IMG/VR virus record: IMGVR_UViG_3300027370_000003
Location: 9,436-73,435 of that record
Source of the DNA: a virus
DNA length: 64,000 nt
Reading direction: 5' to 3' (one strand)
In this document: in pieces, positions 1 through 9,059 of the stretch
How the letters are laid out: each line of letters starts with the position of its first letter
How positions within the stretch are numbered: position 1 is the first letter of the stretch
Notes under the pieces: model-generated
What the model was told of the DNA's origin: nothing
The model's database searches: none
What the model saw: only the letters and a program-made list of their open reading frames with translations
Translations under genes and position numbers: made by a program

Positions 1-1
1 T

Positions 2-655
2 TGGTCCTAGCAACGGCTCCATGCTGACGAAGCGCACGGCTGCTGGCGTTTCGCGCAAATACTGCCAACGTTCGTCGAGCTCATTCTGGCGTTCAGCGGA
101 GATGCCGAACCAGACGTTAGGAAGGGGCCGGTCGATTAAATCATTGACGGTAATCGCGATGCCATCCGGATCATCCCAAACGCCGAGCCACACTGCAGCT
201 TGAGCCACGGCGACAGAACGTGACGGCAACGCCGAACAATAATCCCGCATCCGCTCCGCGCGCTTCGTCAACACCTGGAACGTATGCTGAGGGCACAGCG
301 CCATGACGGCGAGCGCGCGGTCGATCCATTCGTCGGGGATGGATTCGTGGAAAAGATCACCCATCGAATTGACGAAAATGCGGCGCGGACGCTTCCACGA
401 CAGCGGCTTCAGGAAGAGTTTGTCAGGCGCGATTGCGACTTTGCCAGTCCAAACGGCGCCAGACTTTGAATCCTGCGTCGTCCCGTCATAGTGATTGAGA
501 TAATTTGAATTGCTGCCGCCGCTGACATTCATCTTTTGCAGACGCGCCGCCATCTTCATCGCATAGCAATTGGTGCAGCCGGGAGAAACGATGCTGCAGC
601 CGACGACGGGATTCCATGTCGCGTCTGTCCATTCGATGTTGGATTTATCGGCCAT
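2..655 (-). CDS. DUF5131 / phage Gp37Gp68 family protein (runs off window start)
   Basis: Manual translation from ATG 655: MADKSNIEWTDATWNPVVGCSIVSPGCTNCYA...IFVNSMGDLFHE...FQVLTKR...RFVSMEPLLGP, the family signature; absent from ORF track because truncated. Confidence 0.9.
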   Translation of the reverse strand, partial: MADKSNIEWTDATWNPVVGCSIVSPGCTNCYAMKMAARLQKMNVSGGSNSNYLNHYDGTTQDSKSGAVWTGKVAIAPDKLFLKPLSWKRPRRIFVNSMGDLFHESIPDEWIDRALAVMALCPQHTFQVLTKRAERMRDYCSALPSRSVAVAQAAVWLGVWDDPDGIAITVNDLIDRPLPNVWFGISAERQNELDERWQYLRETPAAVRFVSMEPLLGP

Positions 656-797
656 TCTTTCCTCCGTTAAGCCGTTTTCTTTTGACCGGCTTCTTGCCCG
701 TCGTCTTCGGCAGCGCCGGGACAGTTGCTTTCGCCGGCTTCTCCGCCTCGCGCATGGCGCGGAGGGCTGCTTCGCGCGGGCCAATTTGCTTGCTCAT
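645..797 (-). CDS. small basic hypothetical protein
   Basis: MSKQIGPREAALRAM; start overlaps the upstream stop, fits operon. Confidence 0.55.
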   Translation of the reverse strand: MSKQIGPREAALRAMREAEKPAKATVPALPKTTGKKPVKRKRLNGGKNGR

Positions 798-973
798 GTT
801 GGCACCCCACATTTCGGACAGCCATGTAGCCAAGTATCGGCGATCTTTCTTGTTCGCCAGCCGTCGCGTTTCGCCGCGTCCCATACCTCTTTGAAGTCCG
901 CACTATCGCCGTCGAAGACTTCGGGACAGCTATCGCACTCGATCAGTACCTTGTCGTGCTGCCGATCAATCAT
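794..973 (-). CDS. small Zn-ribbon-like hypothetical protein
   Basis: MIDRQHDKVLIECDSC...CPKC; ATGA coupling. Confidence 0.65.
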   Translation of the reverse strand: MIDRQHDKVLIECDSCPEVFDGDSADFKEVWDAAKRDGWRTRKIADTWLHGCPKCGVPT

Positions 974-1506
974 CGCATCTTCCTTTTCGTCGGCCAGCGG
1001 TTTGCGCTCCGGAGTTGGCGCGACGCCCACTTCCGTTTTGGCCGCCTAACCTTGGCGCCCGATTTGGAAGCGCGCCGTCTTCGCTCCCGCTTGATAAGGA
1101 CGCGGTCGGGATGCTGGCCGTGTTCGCCGCGCACGTTCGTTTTAATATGGTGGTCGTGCTTCTCCCGGTAGATCAGATAATCGGGATCATTGGCGTCGGG
1201 GATGTAGGTTGGCTTAACCACGGAACTGTATTGAAGCCGCTGGCGCGTTGCGAGCGCCGGATCGTGATCGAGGCGTAGGTCTTCGACCTTGCAATCCAGC
1301 AAAACCGCGAGAGCGTCTAGCTTACTCGCGAGAAGAGCGGCGAGGCCTCCGCGCGGAACGAATACACCGATACCTTTGAGGTAGGCGTCGCTCGGCTTCG
1401 GTTTCCATAGCTTGATGACGTCATCCGGCCATAGATCGCCCAACTGCCGAAGGACGACCCGGCAACGGACCTCCAGCGGAATGTGCGGGCGGTACAGGCG
1501 CGGCAT
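970..1506 (-). CDS. HNH-like endonuclease
   Basis: DHDPAL...PDANDP...HDHHIKT motif typical of phage HNH-like proteins; TGATG coupling. Confidence 0.6.
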   Translation of the reverse strand: MPRLYRPHIPLEVRCRVVLRQLGDLWPDDVIKLWKPKPSDAYLKGIGVFVPRGGLAALLASKLDALAVLLDCKVEDLRLDHDPALATRQRLQYSSVVKPTYIPDANDPDYLIYREKHDHHIKTNVRGEHGQHPDRVLIKRERRRRASKSGAKVRRPKRKWASRQLRSANRWPTKRKMR

Positions 1507-1859
1507 CAGAACGGCACTTCGGAACAATAACCCGATGCGGCCGCGCTCGTTCGCCTGAGGGTCGCAACCGCCGCGTCAATTCTTTCTTTGCGAAGATATC
1601 TGCTCGGATCGCCGATTTCGCGCATCAGAGATTGTGCGGCTCTGTAGAACTCGGCCAACGGCCTTTCCGCTTCTTCCCGGCGTTCATTCAGCCACTCGAC
1701 CTGCTCGGTGAGTTTCCGGATCACGATTTTATCTGCGGCCATGATTGCGGCGGCATCTTCCGCCGCCTTGACCGCTCGTCCCAACTGTTGATCGACCGCG
1801 CCGCGCTTGGCGGCCTCGACAATCAGCCTCTCGATCAGTTCCGCTTCGTTGCCAGTCAT
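1506..1859 (-). CDS. hypothetical coiled-coil protein
   Basis: Start ATG 1859 preceded by CAACAGGGAG. Confidence 0.65.
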   Translation of the reverse strand: MTGNEAELIERLIVEAAKRGAVDQQLGRAVKAAEDAAAIMAADKIVIRKLTEQVEWLNERREEAERPLAEFYRAAQSLMREIGDPSRYLRKERIDAAVATLRRTSAAASGYCSEVPF

Positions 1860-1879
1860 TGTCGTTCTCCCTGTTGAAC

Positions 1880-2209
1880 TCACGTCTCTGCTACTTCCCG
1901 CTCGAACTGTTCAAGCGCCTTCCGAATCGTTGGAAACCATCGGCCGCAAACGGCTTCGCAAATCGTCATTGCATTGCCGGCATCGTAGAAGCCGAACCGG
2001 GCTTTCCCTCGGCGCGCGCGGTCGACTTGATCGGTCAATGCCTTCAAAGTGCGACCAGCCTCCGCCGGCGTTTCCGCGCGGAGGTCGACGGCAATCGCTA
2101 GGAGCGCGTCGTAGGTCTCGGACTCCGGCGCGCGCTTCCCTCGGGCCCATCTGAGGTCATCGAGTAGCCGTTCGACGGCGGCGAGTTTCTGTCGCGTCGT
2201 AACCGTCAT
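1880..2209 (-). CDS. hypothetical protein
   Basis: MTVTTRQKLAAVERLL; ATGA coupling. Confidence 0.65.
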   Translation of the reverse strand: MTVTTRQKLAAVERLLDDLRWARGKRAPESETYDALLAIAVDLRAETPAEAGRTLKALTDQVDRARRGKARFGFYDAGNAMTICEAVCGRWFPTIRKALEQFEREVAET

Positions 2210-2463
2210 TGCCATGCCCACAATGCCGTTTGCGGCGGCGCATAGTTGCATTCGACCAGCAGAGACGCCTCGATGACTGCCGTCAGGCCGCGACCGTTGT
2301 TCGTGTCCCATTCGACGTTGTAAAGATGCCATTGCCGATTGAACAAGACGAACGGCTCCTTCGACTGGCATTGTGCCAAGGCAGATTCAACGAGAAGCGG
2401 ATCGAAGGTCTCGATCCTCATCACATTTTGTTGGTCGTATTTCCAACGTACAGTCATTATCAA
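2206..2463 (-). CDS. hypothetical protein
   Basis: ORF tiles operon with 4-nt overlaps. Confidence 0.55.
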   Translation of the reverse strand: MIMTVRWKYDQQNVMRIETFDPLLVESALAQCQSKEPFVLFNRQWHLYNVEWDTNNGRGLTAVIEASLLVECNYAPPQTALWAWQ

Positions 2464-2690
2464 ACCTCATCTGGCGCTGGCGGCAGTGGCGTCCAATGCG
2501 TGTGATAACCGGGCCATCCGCCAAAGTGTTGCGTATAGGTGTAATTTCGCACGCTATCTCTGATCGTTATTTCGACGGGGGTTCCTGCGTCGAGAGGTGA
2601 TCCGACATAGGGCGGTTCGGTGATGGGAAACGTCCACCAAAGAACTGGCCCCATCTCTTCGTGATACTCACTAAGCGGGCGAGCTGTCAT
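2460..2690 (-). CDS. hypothetical protein (DUF551-like C-terminal THWTPLP motif)
   Basis: MTARPLSEYHEE...HTHWTPLPPAP. Confidence 0.6.
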   Translation of the reverse strand: MTARPLSEYHEEMGPVLWWTFPITEPPYVGSPLDAGTPVEITIRDSVRNYTYTQHFGGWPGYHTHWTPLPPAPDEV

Positions 2691-3073
2691 GGCGGCGTCA
2701 CGCTCCCGTCGTTGCGGTAAATCATGCCAAGCTCCTGCTCGGTTGGCACCATGATCCCGCAATAGCCGCCGTCTGCCGAAGCGCGGCATTCGTTTGGCTG
2801 TATCGGATGTGTCGGGTCGGGATCAGGAATCATCATCCAACCGGAAGACGTCCAGCGCACGGCGCCGCGACTCCGAAGAGGCCGGGATTCTGCGCACCCG
2901 GCCATCAGCATCGACCCGCCGATGACGAGGTTGAAAACCCGGCGCGCGCCGTCGGAGCCGTCTCGCGGCTTGCAATCGTCCGGAGACGCGGACCAGACTG
3001 CTATCGCTATGAACGCACCGGCGAAGATGCCGAACGCGACGACGCCGAGCCATTCCTTCGTGATTTTGCTCAT
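2687..3073 (-). CDS. hypothetical membrane protein
   Basis: N-terminal hydrophobic helix; 4-nt overlaps on both sides. Confidence 0.55.
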   Translation of the reverse strand: MSKITKEWLGVVAFGIFAGAFIAIAVWSASPDDCKPRDGSDGARRVFNLVIGGSMLMAGCAESRPLRSRGAVRWTSSGWMMIPDPDPTHPIQPNECRASADGGYCGIMVPTEQELGMIYRNDGSVTPP

Positions 3074-3624
3074 CCCGATCTCCCTGCTTGTCGCTTCAGT
3101 TCGCCGCGCGGGACGCCGACCATGCGGTCCAAGAGCTCCAGAACGGCTTGCTTGGATGCCTGAAAATCATCTTTGCCCATTGCGGCGGCGGATTGTGATT
3201 TAGGCCGGCGCACGATGACCTTCATCCCGACGACTCTGATCCGCGCGTATTCGTTGTCGGTCCTAATCCAGCGCGCAAGCCGCTGCGCCTCCTTGGCAGA
3301 CTCGAAGTCGAACTCGTCCTCGTCGAACCATCCACATTCAATAAGGCACCACTTACGCAGATGTTCTGGCGTCGGCCAGCGGGCAGCAATCGATTCGGGA
3401 AGATTTTGAAACCCCTCATGGATGGCAGCAAAGAATTGCGAGTGACTAGCGCGCGAGCGCGGCTCAATAGGGACGAGAGGATATTCTTCAAGTTCGTGAT
3501 ATTGTCGCGCTGCAAGACTGGCGTGGTTATTGCGTGGCACCATCGCCATTCGACGGGTCGCTACGCCATCATCGTCAATGACGTCGACCTTTCTCCAAAT
3601 GCAAACTACGGGAAAAATTCTCAT
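3070..3624 (-). CDS. putative NinB/DUF1367-like recombination-associated protein
   Basis: RSRASHSQFFAAI...NLPE...PTPEHLRKWCLIECG motif and position beside exonuclease/Erf; family call tentative. Confidence 0.45.
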   Translation of the reverse strand: MRIFPVVCIWRKVDVIDDDGVATRRMAMVPRNNHASLAARQYHELEEYPLVPIEPRSRASHSQFFAAIHEGFQNLPESIAARWPTPEHLRKWCLIECGWFDEDEFDFESAKEAQRLARWIRTDNEYARIRVVGMKVIVRRPKSQSAAAMGKDDFQASKQAVLELLDRMVGVPRGELKRQAGRSG

Positions 3625-4169
3625 GACCTCGCAAACTCCCCGGCGAGGCGGATCGCTTCAGCCCGATAGGCTGCTGCGGCCTGTTCAGCGGTGTCGAAGG
3701 TCCCAACTTGCCGCCATTTGCGATTAAATTGAATAGTCGCGCGGTAGCGGCCGTTCGGTGTAAGGCTGACGCCCTTAAATCCAGATTGGCTATTTTTATT
3801 ACACCCTCTGTTCGCACAGTTCTGGATGGTTGTTGCCTGCCGAAGATTGCGCCATTTATTATTTTCGCCGTCAAGATCGCGATGGTCGACGGTATTGATA
3901 GGCCACTCGCCGGTCACGTACAGGATGGCAAGACGATGCTCGAAGAACGGGTAATCGAAAATGCGAATTACACGGTAGGTCATATCGCTCGGCTGAGCTT
4001 TCCAAACGCTTCCCGCTCGTCTTCCGGCATAACGAGTATTCCAGTTTGCGCGCGCCTCCGGCCGATAGCGCCAAATCCGCTCGCCGGTCTTTTTCGAGTA
4101 GCGAAGGAGCCGCTTTACTATCGCCTGATCGAGGAATGGTTCGCCGGAACCCTTTATCCATGTTCCCAT
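3621..4169 (-). CDS. HNH-AP2 homing endonuclease
   Basis: VDHRDLDGENNKWRNLR (HNH) followed by SGFKGV...YRATI...GTFDTAEQAAAAY...GEFA (AP2); start 4169 by TGATG overlap. Confidence 0.9.
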   Translation of the reverse strand: MGTWIKGSGEPFLDQAIVKRLLRYSKKTGERIWRYRPEARANWNTRYAGRRAGSVWKAQPSDMTYRVIRIFDYPFFEHRLAILYVTGEWPINTVDHRDLDGENNKWRNLRQATTIQNCANRGCNKNSQSGFKGVSLTPNGRYRATIQFNRKWRQVGTFDTAEQAAAAYRAEAIRLAGEFARS

Positions 4170-4858
4170 CACGCCGCTCCCATCTTTCGGATTTTGGCGA
4201 CCAGCGCGCGGAGCTCGTAATCGAAAATCTCGACCTGGCGGGCGAGTTCCTGAATGTAGACGCCGTCGCGCTCGACGCGAAAAACCGGCGTGATTGGCAT
4301 GTTGCGGTAGAAGATCACGAGGTCGCACCACGCCCGGCCTGTGACCCAGAGCGAGCCCTGCACTTGGGCGCGATGCTCCGGCGGGAATCCTGCCGCGCCT
4401 TTTTCGGCGACGTCGATCATCAACTCTGGGATCATCGTTTTGATTTCCAGGACGCCGTCCTTACCGATAAATGAATCGGGTGAGCAGCCGACGACGAATG
4501 ATGCGCCGAGTGGGTTGTGCACGGTGCGCCGGACGAAGCCGATGCGGGAAAGATCGGCGAAGCGAGTCCGGCTGTACCAATCGCGCGCCTCTGGCTCCAT
4601 CGCATTGCCGCGGTCCATCGCGGCGTTGCGATAGGTCTCCGCGACCTCCCCTGTCATGATTTCGCCGGCCAGCCTCCGCATGAGTTTCCGCCGGGTAACG
4701 CTTTCTCCGCCGTCCCTTCCGGATGCGAGGATCGTGGCGAAGTTGGAGGCCGTGCAGCAGCCGCGCCGGATCTCGAACCAATCCAGCGATCCTTGTTCGA
4801 TCTCGTCGAAGACCTCGACCTCATCAGCCTTGGTCTTGATGGCGGTCGCCTTAGCCAC
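4169..4858 (-). CDS. YqaJ/lambda-exonuclease family 5'-3' exonuclease
   Basis: QGSLDWFEIRRGCCTAS...GNAMEPEAR...CSPD...LEIK...QVQGSLWVTGRAWCD. Confidence 0.92.
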   Translation of the reverse strand: MAKATAIKTKADEVEVFDEIEQGSLDWFEIRRGCCTASNFATILASGRDGGESVTRRKLMRRLAGEIMTGEVAETYRNAAMDRGNAMEPEARDWYSRTRFADLSRIGFVRRTVHNPLGASFVVGCSPDSFIGKDGVLEIKTMIPELMIDVAEKGAAGFPPEHRAQVQGSLWVTGRAWCDLVIFYRNMPITPVFRVERDGVYIQELARQVEIFDYELRALVAKIRKMGAA

Positions 4859-5804
4859 GCTTCAACTCCTTCGCTCGCGCGCCGAAATCCTTGCAAGCCT
4901 TGACCGCCTCGTCGAAGCGATTAGCCGGCAATTCATGCACGGCGGTAATGCCGTACTTTTCGAGGAAGGTCGCTGGGCCGACGCCGCACTTGTCGATCTC
5001 GGCGAGCAACTCTTTTGCTTGCTGACCGGTGATCGGAGCATTCGGGTCGGCGGCTTCCGATTCGTCCTTCGCGGCAGCCGCGCCCTTCTTCGGCTTCGGG
5101 CCATGTCCGTCGCGATCATCATCGACCTCGGCGTGGCTAATGATATTGAGAAGCTGAATGACCGCGTACCGCTTCGCGTAGGACAGCGACGAGCCGATGC
5201 CCTGGACGTTGTTCTTGCTGCCGGAGTTTTCGAGGGGAACGGCGATGATTGTCTGCTTGACATGGGTCGCTTTGCCGTACTGCGTCTCGTGCACGCGCGA
5301 GAGAGTACCCCGAACAATGACGCCGACGCCGCTTGGGTTAGGCTCCGAAACGACCATCAGCGCGAACTTGTACTTCTTCAGGATTGGCTTGATGACGCGC
5401 ATGATCTCGTCGTATTTTGCGTAGGGCGTGCTTTGCCCGCGCGAGCCGACCTTGGCCGCGATCTCGATTCGGCCGGTCGCGCTGATGCTCGGCAACTCCT
5501 CCTGCATGTCGATGTAGGCCTCGGTGAAGGCGACCTCCGCCTCCTCGGCCTTCATCTTGTCGACCATGTCGGACAGGGCTTTCATCTTTTCCGGATTGCA
5601 CGCCGGATCGGAAGCCGCCTGTGCGAAGGCGATGAGAAGGTTCGTCGGCCGCGGCTCGAACTTGGCGACGTTCGTTCCCGTCTCGGTTATCGGCACCTTG
5701 CGCGGCTTGGCGACCGCCTTCCCGGCGGCGGCCTGCTCCGCCGTCGGCGGCGCGGTGAAGAGTTCGGCGTCTTGGGCCTTCGGTTTCGTCGTCGTCTTAG
5801 CCAT
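4851..5804 (-). CDS. erf: Erf-family single-strand annealing protein
   Basis: YAKYDEI...QGIGSSLSYAKRYA...DDDG motif; adjacent to exonuclease. Confidence 0.88.
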   Translation of the reverse strand: MAKTTTKPKAQDAELFTAPPTAEQAAAGKAVAKPRKVPITETGTNVAKFEPRPTNLLIAFAQAASDPACNPEKMKALSDMVDKMKAEEAEVAFTEAYIDMQEELPSISATGRIEIAAKVGSRGQSTPYAKYDEIMRVIKPILKKYKFALMVVSEPNPSGVGVIVRGTLSRVHETQYGKATHVKQTIIAVPLENSGSKNNVQGIGSSLSYAKRYAVIQLLNIISHAEVDDDRDGHGPKPKKGAAAAKDESEAADPNAPITGQQAKELLAEIDKCGVGPATFLEKYGITAVHELPANRFDEAVKACKDFGARAKELKRG

Positions 5805-5976
5805 CGGATTTTTCCTCTCGGTCATGGGTTAATTCGATGAAAGCGAAACGGCGAACGAATGTCTCGAACTGTTCCGCCGTAAAGACGAGGTCACCACACT
5901 TCCGCCCGTCGACAAAAAGGCGGCAGTTGATCGACCCGTCCAACTTCGTCGTATGGTGCAAATCAAAGATCATCAT
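5797..5976 (-). CDS. 59-aa hypothetical protein
   Basis: Manual translation MMIFDLHHTTKLDGSINCRLFVDG...; fills the gap with overlaps at both ends. Confidence 0.5.
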   Translation of the reverse strand: MMIFDLHHTTKLDGSINCRLFVDGRKCGDLVFTAEQFETFVRRFAFIELTHDREEKSDG

Positions 5977-6274
5977 TAATTTCCACCATCGGCTGACGTC
6001 CGCCGTTGATCGCCAGCTTGCAGAATAGGCCGCTCGACATCGCGGCGCGGAAGTCCGGACTCTGATCCATGCGGTGGGAGATTTTCTGGTTCTGGTCTTT
6101 CTTCAAGAATCCGATGTGCACGTCGCGCGCCCAGACCTGGACGCAGCGGGAATCGTATTGATTTGTCGGTTCGCGAATCAGCGCTAGCGGCTCACCGTTC
6201 GGGAGCGACGCGAGCATGTCCATTGCCTCCCGGCCGCGGAACTTGGTGCCGACAAGGGCGACGAGAGTCTTCAT
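5963..6274 (-). CDS. stand-alone HIRAN domain protein
   Basis: LVGTKFRG...LALIREPTNQYDSRCVQV...HIGFL, HIRAN signature. Confidence 0.85.
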   Translation of the reverse strand: MKTLVALVGTKFRGREAMDMLASLPNGEPLALIREPTNQYDSRCVQVWARDVHIGFLKKDQNQKISHRMDQSPDFRAAMSSGLFCKLAINGGRQPMVEINDDL

Positions 6275-6576
6275 ATCTCGACCTTGCAATGTTTGAGAGG
6301 GGCCATCTCAGCCTTTGCAAGACTTTCGTTCACTAGGTCGGCCGGGGTTCTGTCATCGCGCGTCTCCGGCAGGATAGGCAGATGGGCCCTGAGGATGATG
6401 ATGAGGTGTTCGACCTCGGCCTGCGTTGGCGGCTTGTCGAACTCAATTCGGAAGCTGTTGGTCGTTGACATTGGCCCACGAAGCTCCTTCGCACCGTGAC
6501 TTCCATCGCGGCCCAAATACATGAGCGCGAGATTCTCTAGTGCCTGCGTCCTTTTTTGCTCAAGCGTTTGCGTCAT
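6271..6576 (-). CDS. hypothetical protein
   Basis: Tiles operon. Confidence 0.55.
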   Translation of the reverse strand: MTQTLEQKRTQALENLALMYLGRDGSHGAKELRGPMSTTNSFRIEFDKPPTQAEVEHLIIILRAHLPILPETRDDRTPADLVNESLAKAEMAPLKHCKVEI

Positions 6577-6803
6577 CGGTCACGTTCCTCCAGCATCGCG
6601 TCTGCCGCCCGGTAGACCTTCTCGGCCATGTCGCGGTAGCTGACGTCGGAAGGCAAGCCGGCCGCGATGTATCCTTGCATCGCCGCCGCCGCGAAATAGT
6701 CCCGGAGTGACATGCCCTGGATCGTCAGAAATTGGGTCTGCGAACGATTAGGATTATCGATGATCATCGGAAAAGCAGAGCCGCCGTCTTTTTGCTTGTT
6801 CAT
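6573..6803 (-). CDS. conserved small phage protein (GGxAFP...GMSLRDYFAA family)
   Basis: DGGSAFP...GMSLRDYFAAAAMQG...YRAADAML. Confidence 0.8.
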   Translation of the reverse strand: MNKQKDGGSAFPMIIDNPNRSQTQFLTIQGMSLRDYFAAAAMQGYIAAGLPSDVSYRDMAEKVYRAADAMLEERDR

Positions 6804-7024
6804 CGAACGGCCTCTGCTTTGAAAGGTTCGACGATCTCGCCGCCGCGATTGCGGACGTTATGGTCCGCGCACATCGCGCACATTCGGATTGCCGGTTCGT
6901 TTCGCCCTTTCCAGCGGACGATGCTGACCGCTGGCCGGTTGCATGGCGCATAGAACGGAATGCAGAGCGCCGCTTCCTGGCAGCATCCAGGTTTTGCGTC
7001 ATCCGGTGTCAGCGGCCAAGTCAT
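6800..7024 (-). CDS. Cys-rich hypothetical protein
   Basis: CCQ...C...CAMCADH; tiles operon. Confidence 0.55.
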   Translation of the reverse strand: MTWPLTPDDAKPGCCQEAALCIPFYAPCNRPAVSIVRWKGRNEPAIRMCAMCADHNVRNRGGEIVEPFKAEAVR

Positions 7025-7944
7025 CGCACGACCGTCTTCGGACGCCGGCCGACGACGGCACCGGGCATCTGCTCGTTATAGTTTGTGACCTTAGCCCAAG
7101 ACCGAAGCGCCTGATCGAGCGCGTCTTGCTTGATGAAGGGGCGGAGCTTGACGATGTCGAGCTTCGCGTAGTCCTCGACCAGCGCGTAGGGCTCGGTCGC
7201 CATCGTGACGGTCGGGCCCTCCTCGATCCGCGTCCGGACCATGTCGGCCGGCCTCGCAAGCGTTTGGATGTGGGCCTCCTGCGCCTTGTCGAGAGCGAGG
7301 CCTGCATCGATCTTCGCAGTCGTTGCGGCCTGTTCCGATTGATCGGCGACGGCGCCCTTTTCCTCGATCTTGACCGGGTTACGCGCGCGCTCCGCTGCGA
7401 GCCGGTCTTCTTCGGCCTGACGGCGCGCTGCCTCTTCCGCCAGCCGCTTTTCCTCGGCCTCGCGCGCGAGTTTGCGGGCCTCGGCCGCGCGCCGCTCCTG
7501 CTCGGCCGCCAGCTTGCGCTGGTTATAGTCGTCGATCCGGGCCAGGAGGATGTCGGCGGCGCCGGGCTTGTTCGTCTTCTGGCGCCGGACGGCCCTGTCC
7601 CACAGGGCGAAGAACCAGTTGTCGACGGCCTGCGCGCTGCGGAAATAGGGCGCCTTAGTCGAAGCGTGGTGCGACTCGATCTCCTTCGTCAGATCGCGCA
7701 GCGCTTTGACGATCTTCGACGCCTTACCCATCGACTCATCGTCGTCGATGGTTGCCGGAATTTCTCGGGCCTGCGCCAGCAGCGCGTCGAGCTCGCGCGG
7801 GATGCGGGCGAAGTTGTCGCCGAGGTAGACTGTGACGTCCGCCGGCAGGTCCGGCGCCTCCGAGATCAGCGACGGGAGATTGGTCGGTTGGTTGTCGCCA
7901 ATTCCGGGCGCGCGGTCAGAACTTGGGGACGAAGTCGGTGCCAT
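7021..7944 (-). CDS. long coiled-coil phage protein (GIGDN start; Gp157/Gam-like context)
   Basis: GIGDNQP...IDDDE...KAPYF...VDNWF and an EARK-rich coil; common beside alphaproteobacterial phage recombination genes. Confidence 0.6.
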   Translation of the reverse strand: MAPTSSPSSDRAPGIGDNQPTNLPSLISEAPDLPADVTVYLGDNFARIPRELDALLAQAREIPATIDDDESMGKASKIVKALRDLTKEIESHHASTKAPYFRSAQAVDNWFFALWDRAVRRQKTNKPGAADILLARIDDYNQRKLAAEQERRAAEARKLAREAEEKRLAEEAARRQAEEDRLAAERARNPVKIEEKGAVADQSEQAATTAKIDAGLALDKAQEAHIQTLARPADMVRTRIEEGPTVTMATEPYALVEDYAKLDIVKLRPFIKQDALDQALRSWAKVTNYNEQMPGAVVGRRPKTVVR

Positions 7945-8416
7945 CGTCTTTCTCCTCGATAAGGGACAGGATAGGCGCCGGGGTTTTCGGCGGCGGTTCA
8001 GGGGCGACAGTCATGCGGACCTTCGCTCCGGCGACGTCGAACGCCGCCTTTTCGCCGGCCGGTTTCTTACGGAACGGCAAAAGCTCGTTGCAATGGAAAA
8101 TGCGGAGGCGGCCGACGGAGCCGCGCGGATCGGCGTCCTCGTCGAGCGCGATGACGGCATGGTCGCCGTGCGTCGAGATGACTTCGCCCCACCATTGCGG
8201 ATGTGCGCGGTGGATGACCCCTTCGCCTTCGCGCCAGGACCGGCGTTTGAGTCGGACATAGATGTCGGTGTCGTCCAGCGTAAAGGCAACATCGGTATAG
8301 GCCCCGAGGACCTTGGTAAAAACGTAGGAATCGTCGCCCTTCACGTCATGCTTGACCACGAGATCGATGGTGAGAATGTCGCCCTCGCGGGGCAGGTATC
8401 CTTTAGGAAGCGGCAT
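7916..8416 (-). CDS. hypothetical protein
   Basis: AAGGAG RBS before ATG 8416 (MPLPKGYLPREG). Confidence 0.65.
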   Translation of the reverse strand: MPLPKGYLPREGDILTIDLVVKHDVKGDDSYVFTKVLGAYTDVAFTLDDTDIYVRLKRRSWREGEGVIHRAHPQWWGEVISTHGDHAVIALDEDADPRGSVGRLRIFHCNELLPFRKKPAGEKAAFDVAGAKVRMTVAPEPPPKTPAPILSLIEEKDDGTDFVPKF

Positions 8417-8597
8417 CGGGTTCTCCTTGGTGAAGGCAACAGATCGCTTCGCCGTTTTTCCAAGTCCATCCGTAAGTCGCGGCTTGGTCATGGGCGCGAG
8501 CCCTCGGCGTCATTAGGGGAAAATCGTCGACCTGCGGGATGTTGAACTTTTGCTCGCGACCGCAGAGGCGACAAACGTAGGTCAGGTGCTCGCTCAT
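8403..8597 (-). CDS. small Zn-binding hypothetical protein
   Basis: CRLC...CCLH. Confidence 0.55.
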   Translation of the reverse strand: MSEHLTYVCRLCGREQKFNIPQVDDFPLMTPRARAHDQAATYGWTWKNGEAICCLHQGEPDAAS

Positions 8598-8794
8598 AGC
8601 GTCGGCCCCTCATATCCGAGCCGCCGCAGCGTCGCGGCTTCCCAGTCCAGGTCGTTAAGTTTCACGTGAAACACTGCGTCGGCGGCTTCGCGCGCCATCG
8701 CGTTGATTGCAGGGTCATCGTTGTAATCGACGCCGGTCCATCTTGCGATGACCTGGATCAGGAGGCGCTCGCGGCGGTCTTCGAAGTTGCTCAT
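8594..8794 (-). CDS. hypothetical protein
   Basis: MSNFEDRRERLLIQ. Confidence 0.55.
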   Translation of the reverse strand: MSNFEDRRERLLIQVIARWTGVDYNDDPAINAMAREAADAVFHVKLNDLDWEAATLRRLGYEGPTL

Positions 8795-8799
8795 CGCGC

Positions 8800-9059
8800 T
8801 CACCAAAACTTCTCAATGAAGTGGATTGCGATGTAGGCCATTGTGCCGACGGCTGTGAGCCAAATGCCGATAGCAAAAACCACGAGTGCGGCGATGAGGA
8901 TGTCCTTTTTCATGGCCGGACCACCAACAAGACGGCCGCGACGTAAGGCGCAACCGATGCGATAATTGCGAGCGTGCCGCCAGCGAGGGCGGCGGTGACG
9001 AAGAACGCCAAGTCGGTAGAGGATGATCGTGGCGCTCGGCGGAAGCCTTGGGGGATCAT
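8800..9059 (-). CDS. two tiny membrane peptides (8910-9059, 49 aa; 8800-8913, 37 aa)
   Basis: MIPQGFRR...LAFFVTAALAGG... and MKKDILIAALVVFAIGIWL...; ATGA overlap. Confidence 0.5.

Noticed and set aside
4656-7962. Long plus-strand ORFs 4656-5840 and 6943-7962 (also 48208-50088 and many antisense ORFs)
   Set aside because: Shadow frames of GC-rich coding genes; no motifs or RBS, and they overlap well-supported genes.
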